From positions 64,074-128,073 of the forward strand of contig JAGNSU010000002.1 of the NCBI GenBank assembly GCA_017987895.1: DNA of 64,000 nucleotides, in the 5' to 3' direction. Positions 10,401-15,661 of the stretch are shown in pieces. Both the position numbers and the translations under genes were made by a program. Position 1 is the stretch's first letter. Each line of letters begins with the position of its first letter. A model generated the notes under the pieces. That model saw nothing but the letters and a program-made list of their open reading frames with translations. It was not told where the DNA came from and made no database searches. This stretch comes from Flavobacteriales bacterium (GTDB lineage: Bacteria > Bacteroidota > Bacteroidia > Flavobacteriales_F > PHOS-HE28).

Positions 10401-11365
10401 GCCTTGATCGCAGCATCGTACTTCTCCGCGAGTTCCTTCGCCAACCGTTCCTCTTCGGCCTTCTTCGCCAGGTCGGCTAGAAGTACATCGATCTCTTTCA
10501 CCTTCTGCTTCGGGTAGGCCTCCTCCTCCTTCACGCCGAGCGCGGCGTTGTACTTGCCCTTGGCGTTCTCATACTCCTTCTTGGCAAAGAGCGCATCGGC
10601 TTCCTTGATGAAGGCCGCGTACTCGGCTTCGCGCTTCTTGCTCCCCTCCTGATCGGTCAGGCGCATTTGCGCATCGCTCAGTTTCGCGGTCGCCACGGGA
10701 TCACCTGCCTTCAAGCCCAACGCCCCGGTGAAGGATTCGACGGCCTTTTTGAAGTCGGCCGCTGTCATGGCGGCATCGCCAGCGGCCATCAGCTTGGCAA
10801 AGTCGGCGTCCGCACCTGCTTCGCGGCGCTTCTTGTCCTCGTACTCTTTCATCAACCGCGCGATCTCGCTGCGGATCTGTTCCGTGTACTGCAGATCCCA
10901 GGTGACCTCGCTGCTCGTCGGATCGAACTTAGCCTTGCCGATCGGCTGCTGCAACACGCTGAAGTCTATGCCAGGCAGCTCGGAAAAGAGGGTCATCTCA
11001 ATGTTCATCCCGTGGCCGCCCACCCGTTCTTCCTCGGGGATGTTCCGGGTGTCGATCGTGATGTTCTTGCTCACGATCCCCGTCTTCACATACATGATCT
11101 TGTAGTCCGCCCCGTAGTCCAGGTTGAATTCGTATTTGCCGCTCGCGTTGGTGACCACCTCGGTGAGCTTCGCACCGTTCTTGTAAACGGCCACGGCCAC
11201 CCCGTCCAGCTTCTTTGCGCTGGTGTAATCCTTCACCGTGCCGTAGACATAGACGTTGTCCACCTGGGCGGAAAGACCGCTCGCAAACCCGATGAACAGG
11301 GCACACAGCAGTATCTGCCAGCCCCTAACTTGCCTCCCGCGTCCTAGCTGCATTGTCCGGCTCAT
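7472..11365 (-). CDS. Large secreted repeat protein: N-terminal carboxypeptidase-regulatory-like module, 11 tandem ~67-aa TPR-like/coiled-coil repeats, Gln/Arg-rich region, conserved C-terminal domain
   Basis: The track ORF is 1547 aa. Its first 250 aa are antisense to the FAD oxidoreductase gene. The credible start is MSRTMQLGRGRQVRGWQILLCALFIGFASGLSAQ (ATG 11365, alternative 11353). The repeat unit is KYxxxIxxADxAFxxxxYDxAxxxYxEAxxLKPxEKYPKDxxxxIxxxLAELAKKAEEE. Confidence 0.8.
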   Translation of the reverse strand: MSRTMQLGRGRQVRGWQILLCALFIGFASGLSAQVDNVYVYGTVKDYTSAKKLDGVAVAVYKNGAKLTEVVTNASGKYEFNLDYGADYKIMYVKTGIVSKNITIDTRNIPEEERVGGHGMNIEMTLFSELPGIDFSVLQQPIGKAKFDPTSSEVTWDLQYTEQIRSEIARLMKEYEDKKRREAGADADFAKLMAAGDAAMTAADFKKAVESFTGALGLKAGDPVATAKLSDAQMRLTDQEGSKKREAEYAAFIKEADALFAKKEYENAKGKYNAALGVKEEEAYPKQKVKEIDVLLADLAKKAEEERLAKELAEKYDAAIKAGDAAFKGEKYDDAKARYTEAIGLKPQEKYPKDQLAAIDAKLADLAKKAEEDKKKKELDAQYTAVIAAADAAFKAANYDQAKTKYTEALGLKPEEKYPQDQLTAIEAKLAELAKKAEEEKLARELQAKYDAAIAAADAAFNAAKYDDAKAGYNEAIALKKDEKYPKDQLVAIDKKLAELAAKEEEERKQRELNEKYQAVIAAADAAFQGDKFDEARSKYNEAIGLKPTEKYPKDQLGAIDRRIAELAAKAEEERKRQELEAKYNALIDAADALLEKKDYQTARAKYSEAASVKVEERYPKDRIVEIDAALAELARKAEEERKRAELDAKYNDLIARADKAYDTEKWSPALNDYKDALTLKPGEAHPAARIADIEGRMDAAAKDKAEKERLEREKQELEARYQALILKADKAFTASKYEDARTAYTDALGVKADEQYPKDRIAEIGKLLGDMAAQAEADRLAAERAAAERAAADRDAAERDRLKAEAEAVERRYRDLIAAADMAFDGEEFDRSRDKYTEALTVKPEEQYPKDRLAAIEQLLADRAKEMSEADRLAEEKRRLDEERKRKEAADAEAARLAAEEERRRTEDSRSLAERYRKTITEADLAFTAKSYPEARGLYAQALDIKPDETYPAERITEIDRLMAEEAERLRREAELAAKKEEPKPVVLKKPSSTIDIRKEEEAERFMREAKAREEAEKYERIKKLRRDLTEEEVANQGEAWKRMEENVAGKQRIVESTDELYHGSDALRIENAEKLKAYQDELAETDRQRQARSSQLRGASQASGDALRDQFADASRTWEDRRSQQVQEQLTEAEQVRDKLARDSQQGLARNSQARSEVVAVSEDQEAMKSRGNEFARGNQEQVVETKDVLQRRDAQLAQRSTDQRLAAQERISNTSLNEPKDFTDYNRSKLATEYPQGVTEESYTEGNKVIVRRVVVDGNKADEYSKVIAKWGTFYFRNGQSITEMIWTNGTEGE
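8410..10804 (-). repeat. In-frame tandem repeat array, about 11 units of ~201 bp (coding, inside the 7472-11365 CDS)
   Basis: Eleven successive protein units were read from the translation. Units 3-7 are the most regular at 67 aa each. Confidence 0.8.
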
Positions 11366-11413
11366 TCTCTCCCGTGAAAGACCTCGCAAAGTACGACTTC
11401 CGGCCCCAGCAGG

Positions 11414-12580
11414 TTGCGCACCGGGGCGTGTTCCCATCCACACCGCGCCGTGCATAGCATTTGGGAACAGCGCAGTTTCCTCGCCCGGCCGGACCTGGCC
11501 GTGGTCGGTGCCGGCCTGGTGGGGCTCTTCGCAGCGTTGCACGCCAAGCGGCTCCATCCGGGATGGAAAGTAGTGGTGCTGGAGCGCGGACCCCATCCCA
11601 GCGGTGCGAGTGTCCGCAATGCGGGATTCGCCTGTTTCGGAAGCCCCAGTGAGTTGCTCGCCGATATCGCCGCCGAAGGAGAGGCCACCGCCCTGCGCCG
11701 GGTGGAAGAACGCTGGAAAGGTCTGTTGGAACTGCGCGCCGAGTTGGGCGACGCGGCCATAGGCTTCGAACCGAGCGGTGGGCATGAGATATACGGGGTG
11801 AACGACCCGCTGTACAACCAGGTCGCCGAAGGGTTCGATCGGCTGAACGTCTTGCTGGCCGATATCACCGGTCCTGGAACCTACCGCTGGCTGCCCGACG
11901 GACCCGCCCGTTTCGGCTTGGCGCTCACCTCCCACATCGTGCGTACCGACCTGGAAGGCCCCGTGGACACTGGCCGCCTGATGCGCAGCCTGCTTGCGAA
12001 GGTGAGCGAAGCGGGGGTGGAAATGCATTTCGGACAGGACGTGCAGCGGTTGGAGAACGCCGACGACGGCGTGGACCTTGTGCTCGCCAACGGCCACACC
12101 CTTAACGCCCGGCAAGTTCTGGTGGCCACGAACGGGTATGCGCGCCAGCTACTGCCCGCGCTCGACATTGAACCCGCCCGCGGACAAGTGCTTCTTACTG
12201 AGCCCGTTCCCGGTCTTAAGCTCAAGGGTACGTTCCATGCCAACGAGGGCTATTTCTACTTCCGCGACTATGAGGGACGGGTGCTCCTGGGCGGCGGAAG
12301 GCATTTGGACAAAGCGGGCGAGAGAACCTGGGACGATGGCACCACACCATTGATCATGGGATCGCTGGAGGATCTGCTGCGCACCACCATCCTACCGGAC
12401 CAGAACGTAGCGATCGTGCACCGCTGGAGCGGCGTGATGGGCTTCCGGGCCAAAGGCAAGGAGCCCTTAGTAGCCCGCGTGGCGCCGAACGTACTTGTAG
12501 CCGCTGGGCTGAGCGGCATGGGCGTGGCGATCGGGGTGCGGGTGGCTAGAAGGGCGGTAGGGCTTATTGTACATCCGTGA
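11414..12580 (+). CDS. FAD-dependent oxidoreductase (DAO/glycine-oxidase-like family)
   Basis: N-terminal DLAVVGAGLVGLFAALHA dinucleotide-binding fold, plus VATNGY and AAGLSGMGVAIG near the C-terminus. The start is ambiguous: TTG 11414 or GTG 11450. Confidence 0.8.
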   Translation: MRTGACSHPHRAVHSIWEQRSFLARPDLAVVGAGLVGLFAALHAKRLHPGWKVVVLERGPHPSGASVRNAGFACFGSPSELLADIAAEGEATALRRVEERWKGLLELRAELGDAAIGFEPSGGHEIYGVNDPLYNQVAEGFDRLNVLLADITGPGTYRWLPDGPARFGLALTSHIVRTDLEGPVDTGRLMRSLLAKVSEAGVEMHFGQDVQRLENADDGVDLVLANGHTLNARQVLVATNGYARQLLPALDIEPARGQVLLTEPVPGLKLKGTFHANEGYFYFRDYEGRVLLGGGRHLDKAGERTWDDGTTPLIMGSLEDLLRTTILPDQNVAIVHRWSGVMGFRAKGKEPLVARVAPNVLVAAGLSGMGVAIGVRVARRAVGLIVHP

Positions 12581-12600
12581 GCTTCGCGCCCTCACCTAGT

Positions 12601-12624
12601 TAAAAAGGGCCGCTCGCGCGACCC
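12601..12624 (-). terminator. Intrinsic terminator following tRNA-Thr (also lies downstream of the convergent + strand gene)
   Basis: The minus strand reads GGGTCGCGCGAGCGGCCC followed by TTTTTA. The stem has one mismatch and starts 5 nt after the tRNA 3' end. Confidence 0.6.
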
Positions 12625-12629
12625 TTCAG

Positions 12630-12701
12630 AGCCTCCCGCCGGATTTGAACCGGCGACCTGCTCATTACGAATGAGCTGCTCTACCGCTGAGCTAGGGAGG
12701 C
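12630..12701 (-). tRNA. tRNA-Thr (anticodon CGU)
   Basis: Hand-folded cloverleaf: acceptor GCCTCCC/GGGAGGC, D arm GCTC-AGCGGTA-GAGC, anticodon arm GCTCA-TTCGTAA-TGAGC, T arm GCCGG-TTCAAAT-CCGGC. 72 nt, no encoded CCA. Confidence 0.9.
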
Positions 12702-12705
12702 TAAT

Positions 12706-12730
12706 GGCCCCCCGACCGGGTCGGGGGGCC
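12706..12730 (-). other. GC-rich perfect hairpin/palindrome between the upstream CDS stop and tRNA-Thr
   Basis: GGCCCCCCGAC (12706-12716) pairs with GTCGGGGGGCC (12720-12730), an 11-bp stem with a 3-nt loop. It sits 1 nt downstream of a TACATTTG box on the minus strand. Confidence 0.6.
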
Positions 12731-12731
12731 G

Positions 12732-12739
12732 CAAATGTA
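12732..12739 (-). promoter_or_regulatory. Candidate Bacteroidota -7 promoter box TACATTTG for tRNA-Thr
   Basis: CAAATGTA on the + strand is TACATTTG on the minus strand, 30 nt upstream of the mature tRNA 5' end. No convincing -33 TTG was found. Confidence 0.35.
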
Positions 12740-12768
12740 GGAGCTTGATCCGCTCCGATGCTTCGGGT

Positions 12769-14043
12769 CTATCGCTTCACGATCCGTGCAGCGGGCAGGC
12801 TAGGAACTTGCACGCTGTACACACCAGGTTCCAAGGCGCTGAGGTCGAGTTGCACGGTGTTGCTCGCCGCTATGATGCTCAGTACCTCACGGCCTGCGGC
12901 ATCCAACACGCGCACCGGGCCAGCGCTGCGCAAGGGCATGCTGACGGTGACGCGATCGCTGGCCGGGACAGGGAAGACCGTGAGCGCGCTTTGTTGTGCG
13001 AGTTCAGGCGTGGCGGTGCTGGTGCGCACATCCAGGCAGAGCCGACCCGCACTGACACCAATGGCGGTGCTGCTGAGTTCGGTGCCGTCATGGTCGAGCA
13101 CATGCAGGGTGCCGCTGCTGACGAAGTCCGTGGTGGTGGCATACATCACATTGTTCAGCGGGTCGTTGAGCAGGCTGTACGGGAAGAGCGTGGTGGCAAG
13201 GGTATCCAGGATATTCTCCGTGGTGATGTCATAGCGGGCCATGCGGCTCAGCGCGTATTCGTTGTAGACCACCTTGTCCGCAACCAGTTCGCTGGCACCG
13301 CAACCGGAGTTCTCGGTGATGTCCTCCGTGAAGGCGAAAGCTCCAGTCGTGGTGACCTTGCTGATGGCGCTGCCGCTGAAATCCTTGTTGCAGAGCACGT
13401 AGAGGTCCTGGCCGGCGACCATGATGTTCTCCGGGTTGATGCCGTTCGCGCCCAAGTCCACTTCGTTCTCGTAGGTGCCGCTTGGCAGGTCCACAATGCC
13501 CAAGCGCCCGACCATGTTGCCGAAATCGAAGGCATTCCCTACAGCGAGGTAGGCCTTGTCCCCCACTACTTCTACATCCTCAGCGCTGTAGAGCAGACCA
13601 TCGGCCGGGTCGATGCTATAGAGCAGATCGAGGTTGGCTACGTCGCGCGCTTCGAAGTAGTGGTCCAATCCACCCAACTCGCCGCGCGTGATGAGGACTT
13701 GATCGTTCCACAGGGCGATCTTGCGAATGCCCGGAACAGTGGCTTGATCCAGCAAGACATAGGTATCGGCGTCGTACTTCAGCAGCGCGCCATCGGCAGC
13801 CACGTAGACGGCACCGTTGGCCAGGTCCACATCGCTGGCGAACCGCTGGCCGGTGATGGTGGCGACTGTCTGGTAGATGCCCGTGGCGGGGTCGTAGCTA
13901 CCGAGGCTGACGGGGACCTCCTGGGTTTGCGTGTTCATGTTGTAGTAGCCCTCGTTGAGCACGAACACCTGATGCACGTAGGATTGGGCGGTGGCCTGTG
14001 CCACCAAGCCGCAGGTAGCGGCGAAGAGAATAGAACGGTACAT
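12769..14043 (-). CDS. Secreted beta-propeller-like cell-surface protein with T9SS C-terminal domain
   Basis: The ATG at 14043 gives MYRSILFAATCGLVAQATAQ, a signal peptide. There are repeated blade-like segments. The C-terminal LTVFPVPASDRVTV...GVYSVQV is CTD-like. The track start at 14103 adds 20 non-signal residues. Confidence 0.8.
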   Translation of the reverse strand: MYRSILFAATCGLVAQATAQSYVHQVFVLNEGYYNMNTQTQEVPVSLGSYDPATGIYQTVATITGQRFASDVDLANGAVYVAADGALLKYDADTYVLLDQATVPGIRKIALWNDQVLITRGELGGLDHYFEARDVANLDLLYSIDPADGLLYSAEDVEVVGDKAYLAVGNAFDFGNMVGRLGIVDLPSGTYENEVDLGANGINPENIMVAGQDLYVLCNKDFSGSAISKVTTTGAFAFTEDITENSGCGASELVADKVVYNEYALSRMARYDITTENILDTLATTLFPYSLLNDPLNNVMYATTTDFVSSGTLHVLDHDGTELSSTAIGVSAGRLCLDVRTSTATPELAQQSALTVFPVPASDRVTVSMPLRSAGPVRVLDAAGREVLSIIAASNTVQLDLSALEPGVYSVQVPSLPAARIVKR

Positions 14044-14092
14044 GGGAGAGAGGTTATTTGTGCCGCGTTCACCGCGCGGCGGTTTCGTGAAA

Positions 14093-14145
14093 CCTTCGGG
14101 CAAAGGGATGGCCTACCGCAAGCCATCATGCCCTTTTCCCGAAGG
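14093..14145 (-). other. Long imperfect hairpin in the 5' leader/intergenic region of the 12769-14043 gene
   Basis: CCTTCGGGCAAAGGGATGGC ... GCCAT(CATG)CCCTTTTCCCGAAGG. About 20 bp pair, with one mismatch and one 4-nt bulge. Confidence 0.5.
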
Positions 14146-14358
14146 CCGATACTTCGTTGCGTGACGGCAGGTCTTCTGGCTCATCCCTATCCACCGCGCC
14201 TTCCCATCCCGACGGATCGGGGCAGTGGCTTCTGCGGTGGCGTTGAGGATCTACAGCTGCGGGAACAGCTCCCGGGTTGGACGGGATTCCCTTTTCATTC
14301 CCGACAGGTCGGGAAACCTTCACGCAGCGCCAAATGTAGCAGGCTATCTTGGCCGGGC

Positions 14359-15219
14359 ATGACCGCGCCGGAATATGATCTGCGACCGTTGGATCTTTCC
14401 ACGGAAGGACTGGCGAAGGTGACCGCCTTGCTGCGCCTGGTTTTCCCGCATGCGGCCCACTATTCCGAAGCCCTGTTGCGTTGGCAATATGTGGATAACC
14501 CGGATGGCCCTGCGGTAGGCTACAACGCCTGGGCCGACAAGGAACTAGCCGCGCACTATGTCACGATCCCGATGCGCGCCCAAGTGGACGGGCGCGAAGA
14601 GCGCGGCTTGCTCTCGTTGAACACGGCCACGGCGCCGACGCATCAGGGCAAAGGGCTCTTCACCCGGTTGGCGGAAGCCACCTACCGCACTGGAGCAGAG
14701 CAGGGCTTCGGCTTTGTGGTGGGCGTCGCCAACGCGAACAGCACACACGGCTTTACGAAGAAGCTGGGCTTCCAATTGGTGTCGCCTTTACGCGCGATGG
14801 TCGGGATAGGATCTCTTCCGCTGCGGCCGGATGATGGCAATGTCCAGTTCGCGCCCATGCACAGCGAAGCGAAGCTGCGCTGGCGCACCGCGCATCCAGC
14901 GCACACGTACACGTTGGCGGCCGAGCCTGGTAAGTGGTCGATCCTGAGCCCGAAAAAGATGAAAGGCGCTCGCTTCTTGCTGGCTGCGGGGTTGGGTGAT
15001 GCACCGCATCTTCTCCTACAGAAGGAGAACCCTCCCGCGCTGAAGGCTTGGATCGGTCTTGATCCCTTGATGGCCTGGACCACTTCCGCCTACCTGAACG
15101 TGCCCATGCGCTTGCGTCCTTCGCCGCTCAACATGATCTTCAAAGACCTCAGCGGTGCAGGTCGCAAGCTGAATGCCAGCAAAGTGCGCATGGAGGCGAT
15201 CGACTTCGATGTGCTCTGA
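14359..15219 (+). CDS. GNAT family N-acetyltransferase (two-domain)
   Basis: The ATG at 14359 gives MTAPEYDLRPLD... The HQGKGLFTRLAEA segment (acetyl-CoA-binding motif A-like) precedes GFQLV. Only the 3' 286 codons of the 824-aa track ORF are credible. Confidence 0.8.
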   Translation: MTAPEYDLRPLDLSTEGLAKVTALLRLVFPHAAHYSEALLRWQYVDNPDGPAVGYNAWADKELAAHYVTIPMRAQVDGREERGLLSLNTATAPTHQGKGLFTRLAEATYRTGAEQGFGFVVGVANANSTHGFTKKLGFQLVSPLRAMVGIGSLPLRPDDGNVQFAPMHSEAKLRWRTAHPAHTYTLAAEPGKWSILSPKKMKGARFLLAAGLGDAPHLLLQKENPPALKAWIGLDPLMAWTTSAYLNVPMRLRPSPLNMIFKDLSGAGRKLNASKVRMEAIDFDVL

Positions 15220-15325
15220 CCCCGCACTGCGTGGATCGATCGAACGGTGACGAAAATAAGGGCTGGCAGTGCAAGGATGCGAACCATTCCGTTGACATGT
15301 TGTTTACAACCCATCGAAGAGCACC

Positions 15326-15333
15326 TACATTTG
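15326..15333 (+). promoter_or_regulatory. Candidate -7 promoter box TACATTTG
   Basis: Exact TAnnTTTG match 20 nt upstream of the ATG at 15354. The nearest upstream TTG is 23 nt away, which is suboptimal. Confidence 0.3.
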
Positions 15334-15353
15334 GCGCCTTCCGAACGGAACAC

Positions 15354-15539
15354 ATGGAGCTATCGACCAAAGCAGAGCACGAGATGGAGCAGAACGAGCG
15401 GTCGTACACGGTGTACAAGAACGAGGATCGGTTCAGCTTCTGCCCCCATGAGGACCTGAACCTTCCCAAGTCGTATGAGGAGGTGCTGGCTCGTTTCAAG
15501 CGTCTACAAGGCGACAAGGCCTGGGAGGTGTTGAACTGA
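15354..15539 (+). CDS. Small (61 aa) hypothetical protein forming its own promoter-to-terminator unit
   Basis: MELSTKAEHEMEQNERSYTVYKNEDRFSFCPHEDLNLPKSYEEVLARFKRLQGDKAWEVLN. It is bracketed by a TACATTTG box and a strong terminator. Confidence 0.45.
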   Translation: MELSTKAEHEMEQNERSYTVYKNEDRFSFCPHEDLNLPKSYEEVLARFKRLQGDKAWEVLN

Positions 15540-15558
15540 CCCTGACCCCTACCCGCTC

Positions 15559-15599
15559 GCAAAGCGCCCCGCCCTTTCGGCAGGGCGCTTTGCTTTTCT
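15559..15599 (+). terminator. Rho-independent terminator
   Basis: GCAAAGCGCCC / 13-nt loop / GGGCGCTTTGC forms an 11-bp stem, followed by TTTTCTC. Confidence 0.8.
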
Positions 15600-15661
15600 C
15601 CCGTCCGCGGGTTTACCTTCAACTCGTTCTTTTCCGTGCTACCCCTAACCCCCAACGAGCC

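Noticed and set aside
8410-10804. Regular ~201-bp periodicity as a possible CRISPR array or satellite
   Set aside because: The repeats are in frame within one long ORF and diverge at the protein level like domain repeats. There is no repeat-spacer architecture and no cas genes.
11366-12115. 250-aa N-terminal extension of the giant repeat protein ORF (7472-12115)
   Set aside because: It is antisense to the FAD oxidoreductase gene, which has clear Rossmann motifs. A proper signal peptide begins at ATG 11365.
12745-15219. 824-aa + strand ORF in the track
   Set aside because: It is chimeric. Codons 1-538 run antisense through the T9SS beta-propeller gene and the structured spacer, giving an Ala/Gly/Arg/His-rich, non-protein-like translation. 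Only the last 286 codons (GNAT, from ATG 14359) are credible.
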